In this document: positions 9,184-19,784 of the stretch, piece by piece
How the letters are laid out: every line of letters starts with the position of its first letter
How positions within the stretch are numbered: the stretch's first letter is position 1
Origin: Blastocatellia bacterium
Lineage (GTDB): Bacteria > Acidobacteriota > Blastocatellia > UBA7656
Direction: 5' to 3'
DNA length: 64,000 nt
NCBI GenBank assembly: GCA_963765495.1
Contig: CAVXWP010000008.1
Span: forward strand, 640,001-704,000
The notes under the pieces: generated by a model
Told to the model about the DNA's origin: nothing
What the model saw: the letters and a program-made list of their open reading frames with translations, nothing else
The model's database searches: none
Position numbers and translations under genes: made by a program

Positions 9184-12100
9184 TTACCATTGAACGCCGA
9201 CAGCAAATCGAGCTTCGCGCGGTGCCTGGAAGTTGCTCGCCTTTCCAAAGCGCGGGTCAACCGCCAGTCCCTGTGCCGCTATTCTCTGCTGCCAATCTCC
9301 ATTCGAGTTGATGAAGATCGGGAATGCTACATCAAACGAATCATTCGCATTTCCGTACTGCACTACCTGGCCCGGTGCCAGATAGTTGGCAAATATGTTC
9401 GTCACATTTCTCTCATCAAACAGGTTGAATACGTTCATCGAGAAACGCAGCTTCACGTTCTCCGTCAGCTTGATCAGGTGATTGACCACCAGATCTGTCT
9501 GCGTAAAGGTCTCTGTTCTCCCCAGATCGCCTCGGCCTTCCGGGTAGATCTCCGCTCCGCCCCCTCCGACGTGCTCCGATAGGATCGTCGAGATCGGCGT
9601 GCCTTGATAGATCAACTGAGTTCCTCCTACATCCGTAGTCATTCCCCAGTAGTGGAACTGATAGCTGGCAAATGCCTTGAACGTGTTGGGTCGATCCGTT
9701 GCCAACCGGCCGAGTACCTGATTCCCGTGTGTATCGTACACAAGCTCAGGAAGGTCGAAGTAGCGGTTTACGTTCGGGCTTGTTCGTCCATTTCCTGCTG
9801 CGTCGACTTCGTCCGAGCTTGCAAGCCCGGAGTAGTTTCCATACAGCTTGCTGTAGGTGTACGACAGATTCGCGTACCAGTTGTTTGTGAACCTCTTGTC
9901 GAGCCTCAACTCAAGCCCTGTATACTCGCGTACAGCCTTCGGCGTCGCTGGATTGAAGTCCGTTATCGACACTCCAAATCCCGGGTTGCCTATCGTGTAC
10001 ACTTCGTTGCCCGCCGCGTCGAGTCCGCCGATGTCTTCTATCGTTCGGTCAAGTTTTTTGCGGGTAAGCCGCGCACTCGCCACAAGGTTTGTGCCCAGCG
10101 CATAGTCGCCGCCTACAGTGTACTCACGCTCTCTGGTAGGTTTGAGGTTCGGGTCAATCGTGGGCCGCTCACCGGCAAGCACTACGTTTGACGGTACGCG
10201 GAAATCAAGCGGTCCGTCAATGATGTTGCCCGGTGTGTTGCCGAGATTGATGCTTGTGAAGTCCGGCGTGTTCAACTCGTACCAGGTTCTGATGAAGTGA
10301 TCGCCGCCAAACGAGCCGCGTGGAAGCTCATACTTCATCGTGTCATAGAATATTGAGAAGCTGCCGTAGACTTTCAGCTTTCCGGTTCCGAATACATCCC
10401 AGGCCAATCCGACTCTCGGCGCGATCTTGTCGCCCCAGCCAAAATCAATCGGCTTGGTCGAAATCTGCGCGTCGGCTGGAATGGTCGGGTGGAAACGGGT
10501 GTCAATCGGGAATGCGGGCAGGAACTCATTCTCAATGCGGAGACCGATGTTTGCGGTCAAGCGAGGATGAATCTGCCACTGATCCTGAACGAAGAAACCC
10601 TGGTTCTTGCTGTTGACATCGCCTTCGGTTCCGAAGTCGGTCACGCGATAGTAACCATAAGTTCCTGATTCGCCCAGATAGGTCCGGCCAAAGTAGAAGT
10701 TGATGATCCCGCCCTGATAGGCCTCGTTGACCTTGTTGCTGAGGCGGTTGACCTGATAGCCACCCTTGAAGGTGTGCTGCTGGCCGAGGAACCTCGTGAT
10801 GTATGTGGCATCAAAGTTGAGGTTTGTACGGCGAGTGATGTTAAAGGCCGTCGAAAAGTTGGTCTGTATGATCGGTGTGCCCGTCGTTGTCGATCCGGCA
10901 GCGCATCCGCTCAACGGAGGTGCACACGCTACAGATATCGTGTAGAGCGGTACCCCTACGGGAATGTCATAGTTGGTGCCTTTGTCGTTGAGATAGGTGT
11001 GGCCGCCTCGGAAGCTCAGGATCAGGTGATCCGTCGCCGAATAGTTCGCTCCGAATGCTGCCTGCCACGACGGCACGAATCCGCCCTTCTCACCCAGTCG
11101 GATGTCATTGAAAGAGGTTGAACTGCTAACTTCCTGAGCCAACAACGACCCTTCCGTCTTAACAGGGCTGTTGATAAAGTTGCCGTATACCGAAAGCCTG
11201 TCGCTTGCGGCCCAGTCAAGCCGCCCCAGGAAGTAGTCGATTTTCTCTCTTTGTGTGATAAAGCGGGTGTCAAGCGAATCTACGCCCACGCCCGGGTTGA
11301 CACGGATTAGATCGGTGCGCCGAGTCGTTTTTGTGTACTGTGGCGCATAGCTCGTGTAGAACCATACGTGATCCTTGAGGATAGGACCTCCGATGTTGAT
11401 GATCGGGCTGAAAAATCGTGTCTTGTCCTTCCCGTCCCGGTTCTCGAAATAATCGAATGTGTCCTGATTTTCCGGCGCTAGCCGCAGTGTCGGGTTGTCT
11501 TCGGCTCGGAACGTGTCAGACGTGTACTCGAATCGCAGTTCCCCGTGGAAGTCATTCGTCCCACCTCTGGTCACTACGTTTACAACTCCGCCTGTCGCTC
11601 CGCCGTACTCTGCTTCGTAGCCCGCGCTCTTTACCTGAAGTTCCTTTACGAAATCGTTCGGAATGTTCTTGGTTCGGCCAAGAGTTCCGTCTTCGATTCT
11701 GGTAACTTCCACGCCGTCTACGATAAAGGTGTTCTCGGCCCCAGATGCTCCATCAATCTGGAATCCGCCGGTCTTGCTCTCTGCGCGGGTTCCGGGAGCT
11801 ACCTGGATCAGCGAAGAGAAGTTGAGCGTCTTCGGTATGACGTTGATCTCTTGCTGGGTCACGTTTGTAGCCGTCTTTGTAGAGGTCACGTCCACCAGCG
11901 GCTCGTCGGCTGCCGTGATCGTCACTTCTTCTCCACTTACAGCAACTTCCATGTCGAAGTTTACCTGCAAGGTCTTCCCGAGCTCGACAGGCACCTTCTC
12001 GCGCTTGACCGACTTAAAGCCGGTGCCCGATGCCGTAACTACATATACACCCGGCGGCAATGACGAGATGGTGTAGTTGCCAGCAGAGTCGGATGTGGTC

Positions 12101-12312
12101 TTAAAGGTTTGTCTATCACTCGTAGCAGTGATGGAAGCATCGGGGATGACTGCTCCGGCCGGGTCCTTGACCGTCCCCTGAATGCTACCGGAAATCTCCT
12201 GAGAAGAGGCCAGGGCTGAAAATGCAGAGCCGGGGCCGATCAGGAGAGCGATGAGCATGAGAAAGCTGCTCACCTTACGGAAAGAACCTTTTATCGATAG
12301 GATTCTATTCAC
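9184..12312 (-). CDS. TonB-dependent receptor, Oar-like, with carboxypeptidase regulatory-like N-terminal domain
   Basis: GSIQGTVKDPAGAVIP; plug motif AEYGGATGGVVNVVT; beta-strand pattern; C-terminal aromatic residue (GVQW). Confidence 0.9.
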   Translation of the reverse strand: MNRILSIKGSFRKVSSFLMLIALLIGPGSAFSALASSQEISGSIQGTVKDPAGAVIPDASITATSDRQTFKTTSDSAGNYTISSLPPGVYVVTASGTGFKSVKREKVPVELGKTLQVNFDMEVAVSGEEVTITAADEPLVDVTSTKTATNVTQQEINVIPKTLNFSSLIQVAPGTRAESKTGGFQIDGASGAENTFIVDGVEVTRIEDGTLGRTKNIPNDFVKELQVKSAGYEAEYGGATGGVVNVVTRGGTNDFHGELRFEYTSDTFRAEDNPTLRLAPENQDTFDYFENRDGKDKTRFFSPIINIGGPILKDHVWFYTSYAPQYTKTTRRTDLIRVNPGVGVDSLDTRFITQREKIDYFLGRLDWAASDRLSVYGNFINSPVKTEGSLLAQEVSSSTSFNDIRLGEKGGFVPSWQAAFGANYSATDHLILSFRGGHTYLNDKGTNYDIPVGVPLYTISVACAPPLSGCAAGSTTTGTPIIQTNFSTAFNITRRTNLNFDATYITRFLGQQHTFKGGYQVNRLSNKVNEAYQGGIINFYFGRTYLGESGTYGYYRVTDFGTEGDVNSKNQGFFVQDQWQIHPRLTANIGLRIENEFLPAFPIDTRFHPTIPADAQISTKPIDFGWGDKIAPRVGLAWDVFGTGKLKVYGSFSIFYDTMKYELPRGSFGGDHFIRTWYELNTPDFTSINLGNTPGNIIDGPLDFRVPSNVVLAGERPTIDPNLKPTREREYTVGGDYALGTNLVASARLTRKKLDRTIEDIGGLDAAGNEVYTIGNPGFGVSITDFNPATPKAVREYTGLELRLDKRFTNNWYANLSYTYSKLYGNYSGLASSDEVDAAGNGRTSPNVNRYFDLPELVYDTHGNQVLGRLATDRPNTFKAFASYQFHYWGMTTDVGGTQLIYQGTPISTILSEHVGGGGAEIYPEGRGDLGRTETFTQTDLVVNHLIKLTENVKLRFSMNVFNLFDERNVTNIFANYLAPGQVVQYGNANDSFDVAFPIFINSNGDWQQRIAAQGLAVDPRFGKASNFQAPREARFAVGVQW

Positions 12313-12779
12313 GGATTCTCCTCCAAAAAATAAAATGCTTTTGCAAAGCCTATTGTCAGGAAAGCTATAGCTTGCCTACTAATACAAGCAATTGCGCTGT
12401 TCCCACCTTATTCAATCGAAAGCCAAAAGATACCGAAAATTTCAAAAATTTGAACTTTCAGTTTAAAGTTTTGATTTTCATCATTTTGCGTTCGATTGAG
12501 TTTGCCAATTCAACCTTTATCAGTAGCAAAGTGAGGGCCAGAGGGTGGGTTATACGGGCACGATTCGGGCAATTCCCTTTCGGTTCTAAACAAAAGTTTT
12601 TTTCTCAGTGAAAAAAAGCCGAACTATGTGAAGGCGAATCGATATGAAATTATCCAAGTATTTGTAGATTATCCATGATTTCGGAGAAGGGCCATTTACA
12701 GCGTTTTAGGCTGAATCGCGAGGGAATTCATTTTTTTGGAATCGTGTAATTGAGGATACAATTATTGTAAATGTAGGGT

Positions 12780-13994
12780 TTAGCTAGAAGTGGATTGAGA
12801 TATTGCATCTAAATTTATCTTGTACCGCTTTATCATATTGTGAAGGGTGGTCTGGTTGATCCCGAGCATTTTTGCCGCATCCTTCTGTTTTCCATTTGCC
12901 TGTTGGAGCGCCCGATGAATCAGGTCGATTTCAAAGCGACTGACTTCATCATAAAAACTTATGCTCCGCTCCATTTCGAGCTTAACACTTGGTCCCTCAG
13001 GTGCGTTCATCTTATCCATCATGTCAGCGGCTGCCGTCAAAGCTGCCGACATCTCTTTTAGGAGTTTGACTCTGATGCTAACAGAGCTGTCTTCGAGGGC
13101 ATCGCTCTTTGTAAGAACAGGCATGGCGGAGTCCGTATTCTTATGACTATTCAATCCCGCTTTCTTCTCTTCGGAGAGGCTGCGAACGATTGATTGCATT
13201 CTTCCGCCGCCGACCATCGAACCGACTATCTCCACTTCAAATGGAGCCCCATCCTTGCCGCGTAACCGGCGAATCTTTCGGACGGTCTTTCCCGTGAGCA
13301 AATCCGAGAAGTCTGCCGGGTCATGAGCGAGGTCTTCGAACGGGATAAGGTCTTCGGCGCCGAGCCGGAGCAATTCCTCTCGCGTGTACCCAAGCATTTC
13401 GCAGGCTCTTGGGTTCACATCCGTGAAATTCCCTCTCTCATCGAATACGAAAACGGCATCCGAAGATTGCTGCATCAACATTCGGTACTTCATTTCGATC
13501 TCATTTATCGTCGTCTCAGCGTGCTGGTAATCGGACACATCAATAACGAGGACCGCCAGACCATTGAGCGCACCGCTTATGGAACGTAAAGGAAGAAACG
13601 AGCAGGACCATTGATGAGCAACTCCCGGTTCCAACTTTGCCTCGCCGGTTATTTTCACATCAAATAAGGCCTCGCCGGTTGAAACGACGCTCTGCAAGGC
13701 GTGCTCGACAAGCGGAGATTCATAAGGAAGTATATCGCTGAGATTCTTCCCAAGGTGATCGCCCGCAGGCAGACCGCTCATTCTGGCAAGCTCCTCATTG
13801 ATTCTGAAATATCGAAAATCCGTATCTATGATGGCAAGCCCGACCGGCATTATAGTGAACAGTGAATTAAAGCGTTCCTGCAACAGGTGTAATTCTTTTT
13901 GAAGTGCTTCTCTTTCGGCAGCCTCACCGGCCAGTAATGCTTTTAAGTTTGCGGTTTCGTCATCTCTCTGCTTTTTGGTCATAAAATCTGCCAT
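12780..13994 (-). CDS. PAS-PAS sensor fused to a Fis-type HTH
   Basis: Two PAS domains (VGLAIIDTDFRYFRINEEL; DAVFVFDERGNFTDVNPRACEMLGY) and C-terminal RALQQANGKQKDAAKMLGINQTTLHNMIKRY. Confidence 0.85.
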   Translation of the reverse strand: MADFMTKKQRDDETANLKALLAGEAAEREALQKELHLLQERFNSLFTIMPVGLAIIDTDFRYFRINEELARMSGLPAGDHLGKNLSDILPYESPLVEHALQSVVSTGEALFDVKITGEAKLEPGVAHQWSCSFLPLRSISGALNGLAVLVIDVSDYQHAETTINEIEMKYRMLMQQSSDAVFVFDERGNFTDVNPRACEMLGYTREELLRLGAEDLIPFEDLAHDPADFSDLLTGKTVRKIRRLRGKDGAPFEVEIVGSMVGGGRMQSIVRSLSEEKKAGLNSHKNTDSAMPVLTKSDALEDSSVSIRVKLLKEMSAALTAAADMMDKMNAPEGPSVKLEMERSISFYDEVSRFEIDLIHRALQQANGKQKDAAKMLGINQTTLHNMIKRYKINLDAISQSTSS

Positions 13995-14250
13995 AAGCCC
14001 AGTATATTTCTATGTACGTATCTCTGTTGCGTCCCGTTACTATATTTTTACCTTCACCCCCCCCAATTGGTTCCATTATTTTTATGCCAGCATTTTTATG
14101 CCAGGGTTTCAAGACTGACCAGGACAAGGTTTGGTTGCCCGCGAACTGTATGCAAAACGGGCAAGAGATATTTAAGCCGGTTTTTCAGATTATGACGAGC
14201 CCGCTGTCAAGCATCTCAAGGCATAGGCAGAGTGATGGGGTTATATTCAA

Positions 14251-15129
14251 TCAGGAGTTTTCCCGTATTCGTATGACATCTACCGAGCAGTGCGCGTGCA
14301 TGGCTACGGCTTCGGAAACGCTTCCCATAAACAGACGCAGAAATCCGCGCCGCCCGTGCGAACCTATAACTATCAAATCTGCGCCCCACTGTTTTGCATC
14401 GTCGATGATGCGCTCTTTGGGGCTTCCCAAAAGTACAACCCCCGAGGCTTTCAAACCACTGTCGGCAATCAGCTTTCTCGAAGTCTCCACATCCTTTTCG
14501 GCCACGGTTAATTCCGCTCGTGAAAGGTTATCCGGGTTAGATGAGCCCCCTTGCTTTTCAATCGTCTGAGCCACGCAAAGGACTCTTACCTCGCTTGCTT
14601 CGGGCCAGGGGCGGTCGGCAACGGATCGCGCCGCCGCAATTGAGTTTCGAGACCCGTCCGTGCAAAGAAGAATCTTTATCCCGAATGATTCCCGGGCTTG
14701 CTGATTGCGGTCATAACGACGCACGATTCCTACCGAACAGGGGGCGCGCCTGACGACATCAAGGGCGACACTGCCAAGAAGGAAGCGGGTAATGCCGCTC
14801 TGCCCCTCCGAGCCTACTATGATGAAATCGGCCCCCCACTGACCCGCAAATTCAATAATAGACGTGGGCGGGTATCCTTCCGTGATCGCAATGCCTGTCT
14901 TGAGTCCGGCAAGCGCGAGCCGGTCGGTTGCCGAAGAGAGCAGAGTGCGAGCGGCTTCGGCATCGGCTTCGTCAACGGGACGGCCCCCGCCAAGCCCCGA
15001 AGGCAGGGCAAACAGATCGAGAACCGTGAGGGTGCGAAATTCCGACCCCTCGGGCCAGGACCGGCGGACGATTTCGCTTATGACAGTCTCTGCTGACTCG
15101 GAAGAATCTATGGCGATGACTATCTTCAT
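14251..15129 (-). CDS. Universal stress protein, tandem USP domains
   Basis: Two repeats with ADxIxxGS..G...LGSVA / MGSVSEAVAMHAHCSV. Confidence 0.9.
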   Translation of the reverse strand: MKIVIAIDSSESAETVISEIVRRSWPEGSEFRTLTVLDLFALPSGLGGGRPVDEADAEAARTLLSSATDRLALAGLKTGIAITEGYPPTSIIEFAGQWGADFIIVGSEGQSGITRFLLGSVALDVVRRAPCSVGIVRRYDRNQQARESFGIKILLCTDGSRNSIAAARSVADRPWPEASEVRVLCVAQTIEKQGGSSNPDNLSRAELTVAEKDVETSRKLIADSGLKASGVVLLGSPKERIIDDAKQWGADLIVIGSHGRRGFLRLFMGSVSEAVAMHAHCSVDVIRIRENS

Positions 15130-15362
15130 GACTTATGCCTTTCAGATCGGCGCGGATGTTATCCACTTTCTTCCCAACCATTCTAATGAAACTCTATTCA
15201 AATCACACGCGCAGTCTCTCACAACAGAGGTTTTTAATCTTCTCTCTGTGTCTGCGGTGTCTCCGTGGCAGAGCTTAACTCTTCTGAATCGCTGGAATGA
15301 TTCGCATCCGAGAGGCTATAATCCGTTGGCAATAAATATTTCTCGTCCGAGAGCCGCACTCG

Positions 15363-16712
15363 ATGGATGATACGCTGCTAATCAAGGGCGCGACCATTAT
15401 CACGCTCGACCAGGAAGATAATATATTCGTGGGCGATGTGCTCATCGAAGCGGGATGGATTACCCGACTCACCAGATCAAATCCGAATTCACCTGAGAAA
15501 AGCGCGAGCAAAGAAGCCGACATCGTGATTGACGGCCGAGGCCGCGCGCTTGTTCCGGGTTTTGTGCAGACACACATTCACCTCTGCCAGACGCTTTTTC
15601 GCGGCGCGGCAGACGACCTTGCGCTGATTGACTGGCTGAAGAGACGCATCTGGCCGATGGAAGCGGCGCATACACCTGATTCGCTATATGCGTCTGCCCG
15701 TCTCGGTATAAGCGAGATGATTCGCGGAGGCACTACCTGCGCGCTCACGATGGAGACGGTCCATCACACGGAAGCGGTATTTCAAGCCGTAGATGAATCG
15801 GGCTTTCGCGCAACCGTGGGCAAATGCATGATGGATAAGGGCGAGGGTGTGCCCGAGGGGCTGATCGAAACAATGTCGGATTCAATCGCCGAGTCCATCG
15901 CTCTGCTCGAAAGATGGCACGACCGCGCCGAAGGGCGCATACGTTACGCATTCGCGCCTCGATTCGCCGTCAGTTGCACACGCCCCCTGCTTGAGCGTGT
16001 AGCCGCTCTTTCCAGGGAAAGGGGCGTGATGGTGCATACTCACGCCTCGGAAAATCGCGATGAAATTCGGATGATTGAAACCGAAACGGGGCGGCGCAAC
16101 ATCGAATATCTTCACGATGTAGGGCTTACGGCCCCGCATGTTTTGCTCGCGCACTGCGTCTGGCTCGACCAGAGAGAGATGGAAATACTCAGGCAAACCG
16201 GCACGCACGTAGCCCACTGTCCTTCTTCAAATCTCAAACTCGGTTCGGGGTTTGCACCCGTCGCAGAGATGATCGAGCGCGGCATCTCGGTCTCGCTTGG
16301 CGCAGATGGCGCGCCCTGTAACAACCGGCTCGATATGTTTACCGAGATGCGTACGGCGGCGCTGATTCAAAAGGCATTGCGCGGGCCTGAAGTCATACCC
16401 GCACCCGTGGCGCTCAGGATGGCTACGATTGAAGGCGCGCGCGCGCTCGGTCTTTCAGACCGTATTGGCAGCATCGAAACCGGCAAGCGGGCTGACTTGA
16501 CCCTCATCAATTTGAACAGACTTCATGCCACTCCTTCGAGCGACCCCGTTTCGGCAATCGTGTATTCGGCCACCGCAAGCGATGTTGAAACTGTCTTGAT
16601 TGACGGGCGTGTCGTGATGCGCGACCGCGAGTTGAAGACTATGAGCGAAGCGCAGGTCCTGGCTGACGCCCGAAACGAAGGTGAATGGATGGGAAGAGTA
16701 GTTAGAGGTTAG
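15363..16712 (+). CDS. Amidohydrolase, MTA/SAH or 5'-deoxyadenosine deaminase-like
   Basis: [29 protein letters not shown] and LGADG motifs. Confidence 0.85.
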   Translation: MDDTLLIKGATIITLDQEDNIFVGDVLIEAGWITRLTRSNPNSPEKSASKEADIVIDGRGRALVPGFVQTHIHLCQTLFRGAADDLALIDWLKRRIWPMEAAHTPDSLYASARLGISEMIRGGTTCALTMETVHHTEAVFQAVDESGFRATVGKCMMDKGEGVPEGLIETMSDSIAESIALLERWHDRAEGRIRYAFAPRFAVSCTRPLLERVAALSRERGVMVHTHASENRDEIRMIETETGRRNIEYLHDVGLTAPHVLLAHCVWLDQREMEILRQTGTHVAHCPSSNLKLGSGFAPVAEMIERGISVSLGADGAPCNNRLDMFTEMRTAALIQKALRGPEVIPAPVALRMATIEGARALGLSDRIGSIETGKRADLTLINLNRLHATPSSDPVSAIVYSATASDVETVLIDGRVVMRDRELKTMSEAQVLADARNEGEWMGRVVRG

Positions 16713-16853
16713 TCGCTTTATGAAATGCGCTTTCGGGTGTTATTCTAACTTACTGCCTTATCCGCAGAATTCAAATGCTTGATACCGACGCGCGGACCGC
16801 GCCTGGCACCCTTTGGCAATCGGTCCTCGATCATCATTACTAATGGAGGTTTT

Positions 16854-18236
16854 ATGAAGATCCGTTCTCACCACTTGATTTCAGTGGTACTGGTCGTAAT
16901 GCTCTCGCTCACAGCATTCACGAAAGCCAGCGCCGCCGGAGGCAAAGACAGCCTTTTTGTGCCCGTCACCTACTACAAGCTGCCAAACGGGCTGAGGGTA
17001 GTGCTTTCGCCCGATCACACGGCCCCGACTGTGGCCGTTGCGGTCTATTACAATATAGGATTTCGCATCGAACCAAGAGACCGCACGGGGTTTGCCCATC
17101 TGTTCGAGCACATGATGTTTCAGGGATCAAAAAATCTCGGCAAGATGGAGTTTATTCGACTTGTCCAGCAAAACGGCGGGATATTGAACGGCTCTACGCG
17201 GTTCGATTTTACAAACTATTTCGAGATCATGCCCGCTCACAAACTTGAGACTGCGCTCTGGGCCGAGGCTGACCGCATGCGCGGGCTTGCCATCACGCAG
17301 GAAAACCTGACCAATCAGCAGGGCGTGGTCGGCAACGAAGTAAAGGTCAATGTGATCAACCGTCCATACGGCGGGTTCCCCTGGCTCGACATGCCGCAGT
17401 ATGCCAACACCAACTGGTACAACGCGCACAATTTTTACGGCGATTTGAAAGACATAGAAGCCGCCACGCTCGAAGACGTAAAGAGTTTCTTCAGCACCTA
17501 TTATGCGCCAAACAACGCATCGCTTGTTGTTGTCGGAGATTTCGAACCGGCAGAAGCCCGAAAGTGGGTCGAAACTTATTTCGCAGGCATCTCTTCGGCG
17601 AAGCTTCCTGCCCAGCCCGATCTGACCGAGCCTCGCCAGGAAAAAGAGAAACGAGAGGTCAAGAAAGACCCGCTCGCCAAACGGCCTGCGCTCGCCTTTG
17701 CCTATCATATGCCGGCGCGCAACACGCCCGAATACTACGCGCTTGGATTGCTCGATCAGATACTGTTACAGGGCGACGACTCTCTGCTTTACCAGGAGCT
17801 TGTGAAACAGCGCGGAATAACGGGCGGGCTTGGGGGCGGAATAAACCTGCTCGGCAATATGTTCAACTATAACGGGCCGATGCTCTGGATAGGCAATCTG
17901 TTTTACGACAACAACGTGTCGGCAGACCAGATCATCTCGGCCGTAGACACTGTCATCGAAAAGGTTCAGGCAAAGCCGATTGACGGGCAGACGCTTGATC
18001 GGGCCTTAGTAAAAGTGCGCTCGGACCTCTATGACCAGATGACTTCGACATTCGGATTTGGTCGCGCCGATTTACTGGCGAGCCTGGCTTTGTTTGATAA
18101 CAATCCCGGGCGCATAAACACGCTCGAATCCGAGTTCCGCAAGGTCACGCCGGAGTTGATTCAGAAGACGGCGCGCGAGTATCTTCGCCCGACCAATCGC
18201 ACCGTTCTGGTAATCGAACCCGAGAGCGGCAAATGA
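16854..18236 (+). CDS. M16 family zinc peptidase, catalytic subunit
   Basis: TGFAHLFEHMMFQGS (HxxEH); signal peptide; GGAGG RBS. Confidence 0.92.
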   Translation: MKIRSHHLISVVLVVMLSLTAFTKASAAGGKDSLFVPVTYYKLPNGLRVVLSPDHTAPTVAVAVYYNIGFRIEPRDRTGFAHLFEHMMFQGSKNLGKMEFIRLVQQNGGILNGSTRFDFTNYFEIMPAHKLETALWAEADRMRGLAITQENLTNQQGVVGNEVKVNVINRPYGGFPWLDMPQYANTNWYNAHNFYGDLKDIEAATLEDVKSFFSTYYAPNNASLVVVGDFEPAEARKWVETYFAGISSAKLPAQPDLTEPRQEKEKREVKKDPLAKRPALAFAYHMPARNTPEYYALGLLDQILLQGDDSLLYQELVKQRGITGGLGGGINLLGNMFNYNGPMLWIGNLFYDNNVSADQIISAVDTVIEKVQAKPIDGQTLDRALVKVRSDLYDQMTSTFGFGRADLLASLALFDNNPGRINTLESEFRKVTPELIQKTAREYLRPTNRTVLVIEPESGK

Positions 18237-18263
18237 TCCGCCCTGCCTAAAATGGAGATTGAT

Positions 18264-19664
18264 ATGCATTTCAAGAAGCTTTTTATCGCAATATGCGCGC
18301 TCACGATTTCACTCGGCCCTGCTACGATTTTTGGACAGGAGACCCAAAAAGAGAAACCACCCGAGGGCGGCAAGCCCAAACCTTTCACCATACCGCCGCA
18401 CCAGACCTTCTCTCTCAAAAACGGCCTGAAGGTCACGCTGGTGCCTTACGGGGCGGTGCCCAAGGTGACTATCAGCGCGGTCATCCGTTCGGGCAATATC
18501 AATGAAGAGGCCGATCAGGTATGGCTCGCCGATCTGACCGGCGAAATTCTAAAGGAAGGAACCGCCACCGAAAGCGCCGAAGATCTGGCAAAGCAAACCG
18601 CCAGCATGGGCGGCAGCCTAAACGTCAACACCGGAGTAGACCAGACAACCATCGCTACGGATGTTCTTTCGGAGTTTGGCCCGGCAGCCGTAAAGCTGAT
18701 CGCGGATGTCGTAGAGCACCCGCTGCTCCCGGCTTCCGAAGTTGATCGCCTGAAGAAGGATTTCATAAGGCAGCTAACCATTTCGCGGTCGCAGCCCCGC
18801 CCTCTGGCAAACGAACGGTTCCTCAAGGCGCTCTATCCCAATCATCCCTACGGCAGGATTTACCCTACCGAAGAGATGATCTCCAGCTACACGATTGATG
18901 ATGTGAAGAAGTTTTACAAGGCAAACTTTGGAGCCGACCGCACGCACATCTATGTCGCGGGTCGGTTCGACGCCGCTGAGATGAAGAAGGCCATCACGCA
19001 GTCTTTTGAAGGATGGGAAAAAGGCCCGGCTCCTGTCATGAACGTTCCAAAGCCTGTCATGCAAAAAGCCATCTATCTCATAGATCGGCCCGGCGCAGCG
19101 CAATCGACCGTCTATCTGGGGCTGCCCGTCATGGATCCGACCAACCCCGATTATGTTGCGTTCCAGGTAGCCAATTCATTGCTGGGCGGTTCTTTTGCAT
19201 CGCGCATCACCTCAAACATTCGCGAGCAAAAAGGCTACACTTATTCGCCAAACAGTCAGGTCTCTACTCGCTATCGCGATGCCTACTGGGTAGAGATTGC
19301 CGACGTTACGACTGCCGTGACGGGTCCGGCAATAAAGGAAATTTTCAAAGAGATTGATCGGCTGCAAAACGAGCCTCCATCCGACCAGGAGTTGCAGGGG
19401 ATCAAGAATTTTCTTGCCGGTGTCTTTGTTTTGCAGAACTCATCGCGACAGGGACTTATCAGCCAGCTTGCCTTCCTTGACCTGCACGGGCTGGAGGAGA
19501 AGTATCTGACCAACTATGTGCAAAATGTCTATGCCGTCACTCCGAAACAGGTGCAAGAGATGGTTTCAAAGTACCTGCCGGATGAGAAGATGACTCTGGT
19601 AGTGGTCGGAGACAAGGGCAAAGTCGAAGAGCAGGTTTCGGCTTTCGGAAAGATCAACAACTGA
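18264..19664 (+). CDS. M16 family peptidase, non-catalytic partner subunit
   Basis: M16 fold motifs without HxxEH; SRITSNIREQKGYTY (R/Y motif). Confidence 0.88.
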   Translation: MHFKKLFIAICALTISLGPATIFGQETQKEKPPEGGKPKPFTIPPHQTFSLKNGLKVTLVPYGAVPKVTISAVIRSGNINEEADQVWLADLTGEILKEGTATESAEDLAKQTASMGGSLNVNTGVDQTTIATDVLSEFGPAAVKLIADVVEHPLLPASEVDRLKKDFIRQLTISRSQPRPLANERFLKALYPNHPYGRIYPTEEMISSYTIDDVKKFYKANFGADRTHIYVAGRFDAAEMKKAITQSFEGWEKGPAPVMNVPKPVMQKAIYLIDRPGAAQSTVYLGLPVMDPTNPDYVAFQVANSLLGGSFASRITSNIREQKGYTYSPNSQVSTRYRDAYWVEIADVTTAVTGPAIKEIFKEIDRLQNEPPSDQELQGIKNFLAGVFVLQNSSRQGLISQLAFLDLHGLEEKYLTNYVQNVYAVTPKQVQEMVSKYLPDEKMTLVVVGDKGKVEEQVSAFGKINN

Positions 19665-19687
19665 ACCAGTGGATGCAGGTAACAATC

Positions 19688-19726
19688 AGGCGTATACGGG
19701 CGGGAAGGACTCGCCTGTATACGCCT
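19688..19726 (+). terminator. Stem-loop downstream of the M16 pair
   Basis: AGGCGTATACGGGCG...CGCCTGTATACGCCT inverted repeat; weak U tail. Confidence 0.5.
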
Positions 19727-19784
19727 TCAATCCCTTGCCCGGCTCGCATTCGGGCAAGAAAACTCAATTCGAGAGGAGCACTGA

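Noticed and set aside
12388-12405. Possible sigma-54 promoter for the TonB-dependent receptor
   Set aside because: GG to GC spacing is 12 rather than 10.
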